DNA of 64,000 bases from Macrostomum lignano (Eukaryota): positions 124,001 to 188,000 of the forward strand of contig NIVC01000307.1 of the NCBI GenBank assembly GCA_002269645.1. The letters run 5' to 3'. A program made the translations under genes and the position numbers. Of the stretch, positions 27,612 through 39,899 are shown in pieces. The notes beneath the pieces were generated by a model, which worked only from the letters and a program-made list of their open reading frames with translations, searched no databases and had not been told where the DNA came from. Numbering within the stretch: the stretch's first letter is position 1; each line of letters starts with the position of its first letter.

Positions 27612-29141
27612 CTACTGTCCAGGGGAGGAGAAAAGCAACTCATTCTCAGCCTCATCGGTGAGAGTTGAGTCGCCAATTTCCATTGGCTCAGGCTCAGCCG
27701 CCTCCCCAGCCGCCGCGGAGGCGGACACGGCGCCCACGGCAGGTGAGTCACCTAGCCGCGCTACACCGCCCTCCTCCCCAGCGACTGGGGTACGGCTGCT
27801 GCCTTCGCCTTGCGCCCCGCCGTCGGGAGTCTGAGCTCGGCCGGCAGCGTCCTCCTGGTGGTAATCCCACCAGTTGGAAGGCTGAGCCGTGCCGTCGTCC
27901 AGTTCCCTCGGCTGGCTTTCAGTGTTTTTTCGAGCGGCACGAGTCTGCTCGAGGTGAAGTCTCAGAGACTGAGCTTCGTCAAGTGCGCGCTGGATTAGAC
28001 CGGACCGCCGGCTACTGCGGGCGGGTCTACGTCCGCGCGAGGCGGACTCAGCAGCGCGAATAGCCTTGTTAGGCTCGGGATCGGGTTGCTGCTGCCGCTT
28101 GGCCGGCGGGGCATGAGCCCCAGCTCCGGGAGCGGCGCGCTTCCCGTCTTTCTTGGTCTCCACCTTGCCCTCCTCACAGCGGAGGATGGTCAGTTGATGG
28201 AGACCAAGGTGGAGGTTTGTGCCGTGCGGTAGCCGCTTGGCCCATCCCTCCGTCAGGCCGAGGATGACTGTGGCCCCGGTCGTGCCCTTGCGGACCGTGC
28301 TGTGGTACACAAGACCACTGGCGTCGAGATCCGGGTGCCGCTTGAGCAGGAGCTGCCGCAGCTGCTCCCCGGACTTGATTGCACTGTCGGCCGGGACCCA
28401 AATCCGATGGCGGATGGTCTTCGGCCGCTCGCTCTCCAAGGCGAAGGTCAGCTGGCCCAGGTCGCTGTGCCAGTCGAACTTGGGCAGCTGATCCCGCAGG
28501 AGCTGGGTGCTCTCCTCGGATTTGCACCACAGTAGGATGCACCCGTTCGCCTTGGTGGACTTGACGATGTCCACGAAGGCGCCCTCCAGGGTTAGATTGA
28601 GCAAGCCCTCGTCGATGGTACGCCACGCGACGTCGAGCTGCTCGGGCGTCAGGTCGAAATCCCCGCCGAGGATCATCACGGCGGGTTGCAGCGGCTGCTT
28701 GACCTTGGACGCGTAGGACTCGGAGGTCTTGAGCGGGGCCGCTTTGTCTTTGGAAGGCGGTAGGCCGGCAGGGTTGCCCCCCTGAGAGCCCGAGGACACG
28801 GCGGTTCCTGACGGCCCAGCCGCGCCACCGGACTCCCCAGAGGGCCTCCCCGCTGCGGTGGCTCCCGAAGGCCTCACCGCGGCTTGCGTGCCCTCCTCAG
28901 ACGCAGCAGCAGCCCGCTTCTCCTGCCGCTTACGGTTGCGGCGGATGTTCCGCTGTCGTCGAGACTCGGCCGTGCGCGGTCGGCTAGACTGGCGGCCAGG
29001 GTGATCGGCGGCAGCGTCAGCTGGCCCGGTTGGACCAGGTTGGGCGTTGGTGCTACCAGTGGTAGCTACCGGAGCGGCTGATCCCGGTGAGCCAGAGGCG
29101 ACCGGGTCAGTTTCTTTAGGGATGGTGGCGTTAGTGGCCAT
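27612..29141 (-). CDS. LINE ORF1 (gag-like nucleic-acid-binding protein), 509 aa
   Basis: Intact ORF directly upstream of ORF2, with basic/disordered ends and a central globular segment. No CCHC knuckle seen. Confidence 0.85.
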   Translation of the reverse strand: MATNATIPKETDPVASGSPGSAAPVATTGSTNAQPGPTGPADAAADHPGRQSSRPRTAESRRQRNIRRNRKRQEKRAAAASEEGTQAAVRPSGATAAGRPSGESGGAAGPSGTAVSSGSQGGNPAGLPPSKDKAAPLKTSESYASKVKQPLQPAVMILGGDFDLTPEQLDVAWRTIDEGLLNLTLEGAFVDIVKSTKANGCILLWCKSEESTQLLRDQLPKFDWHSDLGQLTFALESERPKTIRHRIWVPADSAIKSGEQLRQLLLKRHPDLDASGLVYHSTVRKGTTGATVILGLTEGWAKRLPHGTNLHLGLHQLTILRCEEGKVETKKDGKRAAPGAGAHAPPAKRQQQPDPEPNKAIRAAESASRGRRPARSSRRSGLIQRALDEAQSLRLHLEQTRAARKNTESQPRELDDGTAQPSNWWDYHQEDAAGRAQTPDGGAQGEGSSRTPVAGEEGGVARLGDSPAVGAVSASAAAGEAAEPEPMEIGDSTLTDEAENELLFSSPGQ

Positions 29142-31215
29142 AGCTGAAAAGCGGGGGAGGGCTACTCGTTATGCGAGTTGAGTACCCGACTGGCCGACAC
29201 CTCAAGCCAGCCGGTTTGAAAAAAGGACCGCTAGCTACCGGACTACTCCCCGGCCTTCCAGCCCATCGGCACGGTCAAACACCTTAGGCATTAGAGGGTA
29301 CGTTAAGCAGTACCACGGCCTGCAGGCTGGTGAGCCAGACCCGCATACCCAAATTCGGCCGAAGCCACTGGATAGGGTCGCCAGCGCCGGAGCCCAGTCT
29401 GTCCAGCAGCCCTAGGGTCTGCCTTGAACACACGCGGGGACGAGTACCCCTGGGTCGACTTGCGAGACAGCGTGAGGGAGTCTGCGGCTGCCAGAGGCAA
29501 ATAGAGGGTGCAGACCTCCCACCAGCCTTGACCTGCTGAAGATGGGGGCAGGCGTGAAGCATCGCAGACCTTAGCTCGTAGGCCTAGTCTGTCTCATACT
29601 TCACTGGCATGCTGAATACGCCTTCGCGTGCACGAGGGGTGTCCAAAAAGTAGTGATACTTTTGGCCGCAGCTCTTGTTCTATAGCTTCCTGTGATTTAA
29701 AATTTTATGAACTGATAGTGACAAATCTCTTCTACAGACTGCTTTTTGAATTTTTAAAATTGATACCAGAGAACAAAAGTTATACCCACAAAAGTAACAG
29801 TACCTGTACCATAGAGTTACACAAACTATATCAAAATTTATGATAGTCAACTCTGCACTTATTCATTAAGAAGGCATCGATAAATGTCTTGTTTAAGCAA
29901 TACCAAGGCCCAATTGCAAAATGATGCTCACTGTGACTGACTGAAATTTGTCTATGGACAGAATCATGCGCAGAAAAATAAAGCATTAAATTCATTACTT
30001 TACTTGCAAACAGAGGAGCTTGCATTTTGCAATTGATTTCATTGCCCATACTCGACAACACACATGGATGTGCACTCAGTTGTTGCTCAGCAAAGTACTA
30101 TCTTCACTCTTTGGGATGCTGGCCATAGTGCCTCAGAAATTCACGCAAAACTTTGCTCTGTGCATGGATCCTCTGTGGTCAGCAAAATGACAGTTTATCA
30201 ATGGATGGAGCAGTTCAGCGAGGGAAGGACTGACTTGGCAGATCAGCATCGGACAGGGCGGCCATACGTTCATTGACCTGATATACTGGCAGACTCCATT
30301 CTGAATCTTCTTGATGAGGACTCCCAAATGACCATTAGAGAGATCGCTGACAGGTTGGACAAGCGAAATCAACAATTCATCGAAGCTTACTTGGCATGGA
30401 TCTCGTGAAGCTCAGCCTATAATTTGTGTAACTCTATGGTACAGGTACTGTTACTTTCATGGGTATAACTTTTGTTCTCTGGTATCAATTTTAAAAATTA
30501 AAAAAACAGTCTGTAGAAGAGATTTGCTTCTATCAATTCATAAAATTTTAAATCACAGGAAGCTATAGAACAAGAGCTATGGTTAAAAGTATCACTATTT
30601 TTTGGACACCCTTCGTATTAGGTAGATAGCTGCCATGTATGCAATTAAAGCACTAGGTGGATAGCCACCATGTATGCAATTAAAATACTAGGTAGATAGT
30701 TGCCGCCAATTTTGCAGACGATGGGGTGTATGCTGGAAAATTCCGGCATACACTTGATTTCCGTGGCGTACACTAGCGTACATTTCTTGGCTATGTACAG
30801 TGTGGCGTACAGTGTGGTGTATGGCAACTGGCATAGAAATTAATATAAAGAATTTTGTGCTTTTTCTATGTTAAGTTATTTCAAAAACCTTTTTTTCTGC
30901 TAATATTTTCTCATTTACCAATCATTTTAATTATTGGAATTGTCACAACAATCGTCATGTCGTTATCAATTTTTTGTAGTTTAAATTTAAATTTAAATAT
31001 TCGTTGATTTTTTTACCATTTTTTAAGTTGGCGTACATTTAAAATCTGTTGGCGTACAATTGAAAATTCAATAAAAATGTGGCTGGTGTACACAGAAAAC
31101 CTTCCGCAATTTGGGTTGCTGCATATGCAAGCTCTAAAAATATTATTTACATTGAGTAGTTTCAGTCTAATTAGTCTATTTTTTATATTTTATAATTATG
31201 TCAAAGTATACTATG

Positions 31216-31716
31216 TAGTGGCATAGCCAGGGGGGCCTAGGAGGCTGCACCCCCCCTCAATCGCCTGGGGGATAGGGTTGGGCGCGGCGGGTACCAAAAA
31301 ACCATGAGGCAATTGAGTGCCTGTGGCACTAAAATGAGTGCCTGTGGCACTAAAATGAGTGCCTGTGGTGCTAAAATGAGTGCCTATGGCACTAAAATGA
31401 GTGCCTGTGGCGCTAAAATGAGTGCCTATGGCACTAAAATAAGTGCCTGTGGTGCCAAAATGAGGGCTTGCAACACTAAAATGAGTGTTAGTAGCACTAA
31501 AATGAGTGCTTGTGGTGCCAAAATGAGTGCCTGTGGCACCAAAATGACTGCTTGCAGCACTAAAAAGAGTGCCTGCGGCACCAAAAATGAGTGTCTGCAA
31601 TGCCAAAATGAGTGTCTGTGGTGCCAAAAATGGCAATAGCATAAGGTATGGCTAGCCAGGCCAACCCAACCTGGCCCTTCCCCCCCCCTCAATTGAAATT
31701 CCTGGCTATGCCACTG
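31216..31716. mobile_element. MITE with (T/C)AGTGGCATAGCCAGG termini carrying an internal 21-bp tandem array (~31305-31630, aaaatgagtgcctgtggcact)
   Basis: TIR tagtggcatagccagg / cctggctatgccactg. TSD poorly conserved. Confidence 0.7.
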
Positions 31717-32737
31717 GTACTGTATACTTTATATATTAAGTAAATATAACAAAAAATGATCAAGAAAAGTATATAGAATAGTAGATTTTTTGCCAGAAAA
31801 GTGTATATAGACCTATTGTTGAATTTAAATGTAAGTGTAGACCTATTAATATTAATGCCAATAATAATTTACTAAAGCTCTCTTAGGATCAAAATAATTA
31901 ATGAAGTTTTATATGCATATATACTTATTTTTGCATAGAGTATATTATTTGTTTTGGGATAAATTTCACCTTGGTAATTATGCATATAATATACAGGGCC
32001 TATCAACTTGAGCTAAAAAATTAGAGCCTAAGTAACCTATGTATACAAATGATATGTGATTCTGCTTATAATGATATCAAGAAGCTGGATTTGGCAAAAA
32101 AAGTTACAAATATTGGACCTAGGATAGGAGAGAACAAACATGGAGACAATTAAGAGACTATAAACCTAAGCTTATAATGTTGAATCCCTCACTGTCCCTT
32201 TGAGACTAATAATAAGATTTTGATATCTATTATCTATTTATATAATCAATTTAAAGTGTTCATTTGGTTTACTAAATACAATAAAATTATATATGTACCA
32301 ATGGCTAATTTTGCTATTTATCTAATAAAGTTGTTTATATTTTTTAAATTAATAGTTAGTATGATTGAAATTTTATACAAAACCTTTCAAAGACCATTTT
32401 CATTTTAACATTTATATACATATATAGCTTAGATTGGGCTATAAATATCTATGCCAATTTGGCTTCAGTTTTTTCATATCATTGAATGCTAGTTTATGGC
32501 ACTTTTCCTATGGTCAATTAAATATCCTAAATAATACTTAGTCTAAATAGCCTTAGACATTAGCAACCAAGGCAAAGCTAAAGGTCAATGGCCTTCATAG
32601 AAGCTGTTGTATATAAGAATTAAGAGTATGATACTAAGATTCCTTTCTAAGCTTGGTATAAGCTATGATAGCACCTATATCACCATGCATAAGCTGTTTA
32701 CAATAGAGCAGCAAGCTATTTATATGCACATGATCTA

Positions 32738-32931
32738 CAGGGGCATAGCCAGGAATTTCCTATGGGGGGATACACCAAGGTGAATTTTCTATGGGGGGAT
32801 ATACCAATGTAAAAGTGCTATGATAGAGTCACATAGTAGCATGTATAGCAACAAATGTCAACAAAAAAGTTTTGGTCAGGCTCTTTGGGGGGGGGGGTAC
32901 ATCCCCCCTATCCCCCCTCCCTATGCCCCTG
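32738..32931. mobile_element. Small hAT-type MITE
   Basis: TIR caggggcatag / ctatgcccctg; perfect 8-bp TSD atgatcta. Confidence 0.85.
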
Positions 32932-33801
32932 ATGATCTACTGACTATAGTGCTGATGTTTTAACCCAATGGCCTCAAAAGTTTGTCTGACATAGTAACAA
33001 GTGACAAATGCTAGATTTTCCTTTTTTCAATGAAGAATAAGCAGTCCAACATAGTCTAGTCTAGATAAGCCCAGGCCTAAAGTAATAAAGACTGGTTTCA
33101 GAAGTAGGAAAAGGTTGTTTCAAAATTTTCTTTAATTCCTTGGGTATTTTAGCAGTGGACATCCTTCTTATAGGTAGTTTTGTAATTGCCGTATTATACA
33201 GAAATGGTGCCATAAGAGAGACAATAGCAGGCAAGAACTCTCCATACTGCCAAGCTGCTACTGCACTATAACAATGCAGCATTGCACACTATTGCTGCGA
33301 TTCATGTATATTTAGAATAGTAAAAGGGTTCATCTATTATCTTATCTATCTTACTTGCCAGACCTTATACTCTGCAACTTTTAGCTATTCCTAAAGCTGA
33401 CATCAGCACTTTCTAGAAAGCCATTTTTGCATATTTAAGACCTGGCTTGAGTGGTCAAAGCAGCACTAGAAAGGGTACCTACATAGGAGTACTTAAGCTA
33501 CTTCTAGGAGTGGTAGATGCAGATTCAGCCATGCATAAATGCTAAGGGGATTGCTTTAAAAAGGAATATGACACTTTATTTATGCATTATTCATGAAAAT
33601 GGCTATTGTCATAAAGGTTATCTATGTGCTCATGTGGTTATTATATGATACACCTCAGGTGAATTAGTATCTTAGTAGGTTATAATATTTTCTTTACTCG
33701 CTACTTGTAAGTAGTTTTGCATGAAATATGCTTATTTTTCTATTCTAGAACTTTGTCTCTGCTATGGCCATTGAATAGCAGTTAGACATCCCCCATGGCT
33801 A

Positions 33802-33918
33802 AACCAATCAAAAGTCAAAGCCATTGTCTAAAAAATTATTTTAAAAAATCTGAACTCGCCTGTCCAATAGGGATTAACTTGCCGAGTGTAGATTTTCATC
33901 GCCGTTTTATGTATAAAA
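33802..33918 (+). promoter_or_regulatory. CCAAT/TATA promoter of the 34026 gene
   Basis: ccaat motifs near 33803 and 33863; TATAAAA at 33912-33918, about 110 nt upstream of the ATG. Confidence 0.5.
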
Positions 33919-34025
33919 ACTGAAATTTTCTCACGTCCTGCACCCAGTTCGTTTGATTTAGTTACGGCTCAAAATATACAGCTGATAAAATTATTTGTAA
34001 AAAAATTCGAAGCCCAAGTTCTATA

Positions 34026-34358
34026 ATGAAGTGTTTTACCTTCTATCTGTTGGTTGCTATTTCCCTGGCTGCTGCTGTTACTGCTCTGCCAGCTACCGCC
34101 GTTGTATCTGGCAGCAACGGTCATCGCAGCGGCGCCAGCAGCAGCGCTAGCGGCAGCTCCTCCGGACCCGTGATGAACGATGAGCAGTTTGAGACTATGT
34201 GGGAGCAGTTCATGGAGTCCATGCAGCGTCAGGAGCGAGAGCGGGAGCTGCGACAGCAGCAGGGTCGCCTTGGCTACCGCCCAGCCGGTCAGGCCATGGA
34301 TCGTCACCACGACATCAACAATCTTGACATCGGCTCGCTGCTGAAGGGATTGGACTAA
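34026..34358 (+). CDS. Secreted 110-aa protein, probable peptide precursor
   Basis: Strong signal peptide MKCFTFYLLVAISLAAAVTA, Ser/Gly linker, acidic/Gln helical segment and C-terminal HHDINNLDIGSLLKGLD after R. A GC-rich coding island in AT-rich flanks. Confidence 0.8.
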   Translation: MKCFTFYLLVAISLAAAVTALPATAVVSGSNGHRSGASSSASGSSSGPVMNDEQFETMWEQFMESMQRQERERELRQQQGRLGYRPAGQAMDRHHDINNLDIGSLLKGLD

Positions 34359-36308
34359 CAGCCTTGAGCTCTCCCACGTCGCATCAGTTGGAAAATTACT
34401 ATAGAAGATAAATGATTGGGGAGCAGAGTTTCTATTTAAAATATACAAAACAGACACTTTTGAAGTCCCGACTCTAACTTTGAATTTGAACAATCCAACG
34501 ACGCCTCTGTGCGGGTTTAACTTAGTTGGTTATTTTTCCTCTTTCCTCTCTATTGTCATTGACCCGTACAAAAACAACAAAATGAACTTTCGATCAATCT
34601 TTCCCCATAGTTTTGTTTTTATCCCGTATAAACCTTCTAGAAAGAAAGTTTGTTTCTGTGTGAAGCGAGGCGATCTGTAGGCGGATAATTAAATACACAA
34701 GTCTCTGTCAGTGGACAGCTTACAATCTCTTTGTGGCGTGTCGGGTTTTTTGGCTTAGTAATCGTTAAATTAGTAATTGCTTTATTTTTAGCTGTGTGAA
34801 AGTGAAAGGGAAAACCGGGCGTTGAGAACTTTGTGCAATTTTTTAAAACTCTGCATCAGTTGTTGTCTCATGACTGAACTGCAGAAAGCATACAAGCTAC
34901 ACGCGGGTAGGCAGAGGGTGAGCAGTCGTGCATAGCTATGTAGGCTACAGCAGGCGAATATTTTATCATGATATCGTGTGTTTTTCGACGAGAATTTGTT
35001 ACATAGCAACCTGCTCATACGCTCGTATGACTGAATTGTTATGCGATGCCACTCCTTAAACCTTGTCTTACCAGCAAATGTTTTTTTAAATATCTTTAGA
35101 ATTTAAAACTGCTTAGAGCTGCAGACACACGAAAGGGGCATAATCTCAATCTAGCGATTTATTAACTCAGACAATAATATCCTGATTATCCATCCCGTGC
35201 TGTCAATGACTTGCTAGATTATCAGCTTAGGATCACAGCGCATGTCATATTGAATCAACTAGGATTAGTTCTGGATTATTTACCTTGACAGTCTGGTTAT
35301 GCATTTAATAATCTATTTACACTCGTATATTCGCTTTCGCATGGCATATATTACTAGCTATCCCTGTGTGAATTGGGTGTTAACGTATTGGGTTCGGAGT
35401 GCAAATTAATCGTTCACACCTATAGGAAATCGCCTTTAATGGCTTGTAACGGTTCTCTATCGGACTAAGCTGTGTTTCATTAGTCGACAAGTTTTCCACT
35501 GTCTGTATTAACTGTCAAGGGTGAAATGAGAGAATGTCTGCAGTTAATGCATTTTTTAATTGGCATGTGTCTGAATTGCTCCAGGCATTCTGTTCGATAG
35601 TCAGTGCGAGGCGAGATTAGTGTCAGATAAGTTGCCACTTGTGTCTTTCCAGCGTTGGGCTCACTTGGGGCACTGATGCTCTGCTCAAGTCGATATGTTG
35701 CTAGTGGCTCCTATCAAATCAGCTATTGAAAGCAGCCACGAGCTAAAAATAGGAAAAATTAGTCCTGGGTAACTGTACTTTGGCGAGTATTTAAGTAGGT
35801 ACGGTGAATTGAAATTGCAATATGGCTACCTTTCAGCTTTTGTGGACTTTTTAGAGTATGTTTGATACAGGTTACATCGTAAAGTTGTAGGTTACACGCG
35901 TCTCTTTTCCAAGAATCGAATTTGCAAAATCGGAACAGGTGGTAATTCTTTATTTAAACTTCTTATAAAGTGACGACACAAAGTTGTTTATCAGAATAAT
36001 AGCTAGAATATCGTTAATTATTACAAATATATGAATATCCCAGCTTTCGATCAAAATTGATCACGAGATGAGGCTGCTCAGTAACGTGGCATTTGAAGTG
36101 GCCTGAGTATGAATATGTCATGCAATATATATATTATATGTATGAATATATCATGCAATAATTGTGCATGATATTATACTAATTAATTTAAAATACTAGA
36201 AAAACCGCGATAGTTAAAGTATTAAAAACTGCAGCCTGTAACAAAATTTCTATTTGTTTCATTTACTTGTCTTTTTTATGCCAGTGTAATTAAGTCACAG
36301 TCAAACAA

Positions 36309-36817
36309 ATGACTTACACAGCTTACAAAACGATTGCGAGTGCACTAATTCTGTCGATATTAGTATTCGGCCAGCAGACAGTTCATGCTGCCAGTCATTT
36401 AGTTTTATCGCTCAATCAAACCTCAGCCGAAATTGGTCGCAGCTTCACAATCTCTTGTCGTTTGCCAAAGCCTGTTGCTGTGGGCGATTGCGTCAGCAAG
36501 TTTAATAGTAGCTCGTTGGAATGGTACTCGCCTAATGGCACTATGATTACTGGCTTGTCTTTGAGAGGCCGGTTTCAATCAAACGATGGTAAATTAAACT
36601 GTTTAAAGGCTACGGAAGGTGACAGTGGTTACTATCAGTGCCGTTTGAATTCGTGTAACATGACCGCTTCGGTTAATGTTGTCATTTATAAAATGCCGTC
36701 TTATGCGTCAGTTTTAACGATTGTGTACTCTATTGATGGTGCTCTACGATTGTGACTGGCGTGTTATGCGTTATGTCTCTGTTGGGCTCTTTTAGACAAT
36801 CTAGTCGCGCAGTTTGA
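36309..36817 (+). pseudogene. Single-Ig type I membrane protein paralog A; apparent 1-nt deletion in the TM (pseudogene, secreted variant or assembly error)
   Basis: Signal peptide; Ig motifs ISC, EWYSPNG, DSGYYQC; YKMPSY..VYSIDG matches paralog B. The frame stops at 36753-36755. The shifted frame from 36746 continues TIVTGVLCVMSLLGSFRQSSRAV* to 36817. Confidence 0.7.
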
Positions 36818-37071
36818 TTGCAAGTTTTTTCTATTGGAATTTCTTTTGCTTTTTTTCTAGTGCAACCAATAGTTAATTTCTTACCATGATTCAGTTCTGC
36901 TGTTAAATAAAACTCTGTCTCTGGTTGGTTGGTTCAGCTTTCATTAGCTTTTTACTTGATTCTAATCCAATTTTTTTGCATAAAAATACGGGGTCGCTTC
37001 AATGTGCTGTTTTGGTCTAATTAAAGCTAGTGCTTTTCTGCGAGAGTTCGTGAATCTTGACGCGTTTTGAA

Positions 37072-37835
37072 AGCCATGATGACTCAAGGAACAGAACCAG
37101 TTTTGGAAGGCATGATGACTCAAAGAACAAAATCGGTTTGGAAGGCATGATGACTCAAAGAACAAAATCGGTTTGGAAGGCATGATGACTCAAGGAACAG
37201 AACCAGTTTTGGAAGCCATGACTCAAAGAACAGAACCAGTTTTGGAAGCCATGACCCAAAAAACAGAACCAGTTATGGAAGCCATGACTCAAAGAACAGA
37301 ACCAGTTTTGGAAGCCATGACCCAAAAAACAGAACCAGTTTTGGAAGCCATGACTCAAAGAACAGAACCAGTTTTGGAAGCCATGACCCAAGGAACAGAA
37401 CCAGTTTTGGAAGCCATGACCCAAGGAACAGAACCAGTTTTGGAAGCCATGACACAAAGAACAGAACCAGTTTTGGAAGCCATGACCCAAAAAACAGAAC
37501 CAGTTATGGAAGCCATGACTCTTAGAACAGAACCAGGTTTGGAAGCCATGACCCAAAAAACAGAACCAGTTTTGGAAGCCATGACCCAAAGAACAGAACC
37601 AGTTTTGGAAGCCATGACCCAAAGAACAGAACCAGTTTTGGAAGCCATGACCCAAGGAACAGAACCAGTTATGGAAGCCATGACTCAAAGAACAGAACCA
37701 GTTTTGGAAGCCATGACCCAAGGAACAGAACCAGTTATGGAAGCCATGACTCAAAGAACAGAACCAGTTTTGGAAGCCATGACCCAAGGAACAGAACCAG
37801 TTATGGAAGCCATGACTCAAAGAACAGAACCAGTT
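37072..37835 (+). repeat. 33-bp minisatellite (gaagccatgactcaaagaacagaaccagttttg), ~22 copies
   Basis: Direct reading. Confidence 0.96.
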
Positions 37836-39899
37836 CCTTGAGCCAGTTTAACTCGTAAGTTTTTAGGATCATAGATAGATTCTAGCATTGGTTTTGTTCA
37901 GTTCCTTGAGGTCACCGCTTTCAAACCACGTCTAAGTTCAGAATGCTCCTTTCATTTCTGGTCACGTGTTGGTGTAAAATTGGCTATCTTAATGTATTTT
38001 ATAAAAAATTTTGGTGCTGTACTTTCTTAGGTGAATTGTTGCGTATCAGCTTATTGCTCTGTGCCTTATTTAAGCGCTACTTCATTAATTATTTTGGTGA
38101 TGGACACACAAGTTTTAATTTTTATCGAATTTAGCCTACAAGTAGATAAAAAGTTCGATCTGAAATCCCATCCTGGACTATCGCTGTTTCATATGCGCAT
38201 ATAGGTTGAAAAAATTCAGTAATCGATCACCCAAAGTCAGTCAGTCAGTCTGGATCAGACCTATAAGAAAAAGTGACGTTTCGGAAGCGGGTAATCCGGT
38301 TTTATCTTCTTGCTACTGATATTTGCTGCCAGCCTTGAGTCAGCTGGGATTTGAGGAAAACTCAGACTGTTTTTCGCCCACGTCTCGTTTTCCCATATAT
38401 GCTGTTAACTATGATTCCATTTTCCGTTTTTCTTTAGTGATAGCCAGCGTTTTTTGCTGCTTTTGCAAACAATTTTTTCAGTTTTTTTCTAGGCCAGCTC
38501 GACGCGTTTGGTGTGTTATGTTTTTTTATTAACAAAGCATATTAAATGAGCATTATTTTGTGCTTGGCTGACTTCGGCAATGCCACGTTTGTCTACTTTT
38601 TTGCTTTCTTTCTCCAACTTGGTGACGCGTGACACAGGATAATAGGCATTAGGTACGCGATGATAGATGAAGGCCCAAGTTGAACGTGACGCTATCTATA
38701 TAGATATGTAATGTAGTTAGTCAGAAAAGAAAGAGAAAGATAATTCGAAAAAATAAGTTTCCTCATTTCAGTTCGTGGATATATTAGGCATGGCGGTGGG
38801 CTCTGCTGATTGATGGTTTGCCCTCTGCTCAGTTGGCTTCTGCAGCTGGGAATAAAAGAAGCAGATAGCTATGATAATGATGCTGCTGCTCAGCACATCC
38901 TGAGGAAGGGAGGGGCGGATTTTGTGTCGCCAGTCCGTCCCCCTGCACTGGCCCAGCCAAGCTAGCTCCTTGTCTTGTCGTTTCCTTCCTGCGCTGCGTT
39001 GCAAGGCCTGCGTTACCTGGGGGAGTCTCCCATTTCCTGATTACAGCTGCTACTGCAGGCGAGCTTTGAGATGCCTTTGCCTTATCTGTCCATGTCGCCC
39101 TAGCAAAAACAGCGCGTAGGCGTGGCTGGCAACTGAAATGCGGGTAGTTTGAAAAGAAATTATCGACTCGCCGCGCCTAGCAATTCAAGCCAGCCCTGGA
39201 ACGCCTCTTTCTTTTGTAGAAAAAAAATGAAAGGCGTGGGTATCTGGGAAATCCATTGACGTCTCTGTGTTCTAGTTCGAACTCGATCGTTGATTGTAGC
39301 TCGCGTCGCTTTCACGACATTTTTCGCTTTTGCTTTTGTCTTTGCCTTTCTTTCTATGACGCCTGTCCGGGTTTCTTGGAAATCTATTTTTGGACAACAC
39401 TGCTGCGCGCTAAAAGACGCCTGTTCAAATTTGGTTAGTTGTCTTCTCAAATGCAGTTTTGTGTAATCAACGCGGGTTGAAAGGAATTTGAAACCTTGGC
39501 ATCCAAAGCTCCGACAAGGTCTAGGAGAAAGCGAACGACAGCAGTCTTTAATCAAGCGTTTACTCTTTGTATTAGTCTGTAGGTACCTTTGAGGATGAAC
39601 TGCTGACTTCATTTCTTCTTCAATTTTATTGACAAATTACTAGAGATACTGGAGTAGTGGTCATGAGAGGGACTTTTTGGACAGGATTTTTCAACTGTCG
39701 CCATAATCCCAGTAAATCTATTAGTATCATTCCCAAAAAATAACAGAATAATCTTATCTTGCCTTTAAAACTTCCCATCACTATACTTTTATTCGCCACT
39801 TCGAAATCATTTTCAATACGTACTCCAGGTGGAACAAAAGTCTTGTCGTTAGTACCTCTAGGCAAGCAAACAGGTAAAAACGTGAAACATTTTAACTCT

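Larger units (their letters stand above)
23797..29631 (-). mobile_element. Full-length GC-rich non-LTR retrotransposon with ORF1 and ORF2 (APE-RT-RNase H-CCHC), Loa/R1-group-like
   Basis: ORF1 at 29141-27612; ORF2 starts 2 nt later at 27609 and runs to 23907. 3' tail taagttaagtaagttaa. TSD acgaggggtgtc at 23785-23796 and 29632-29643. Confidence 0.95.
23786..30615 (+). mobile_element. Mariner-derived non-autonomous element with ~200-bp TIRs, interrupted by a LINE; its own sequence is 23786-23796 plus 29644-30615
   Basis: TA at 23784-85 and 30616-17. Termini cgaggggtgtccaaaaa / tttttggacacccttcg. ~29640-29830 is inverted relative to ~30420-30615. Residual transposase N-terminal HTH ORF at 30064-30276. 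Confidence 0.85.

Noticed and set aside
24048-29081. Numerous plus-strand ORFs within the GC-rich LINE
   Set aside because: Antisense shadows of ORF1 and ORF2 in GC-rich sequence.
37155-37841. 222-aa EAMTQRTEPVL repeat ORF as an antifreeze, mucin or adhesive protein
   Set aside because: Open on both strands because the stop-free unit is 33 bp. No signal peptide, unique flanking coding sequence or splice link.
38768-39865. Minus-strand ORFs with short hydrophobic stretches as a further membrane-protein gene
   Set aside because: I could not build a phase-consistent exon chain or recognise any motif; left unannotated.
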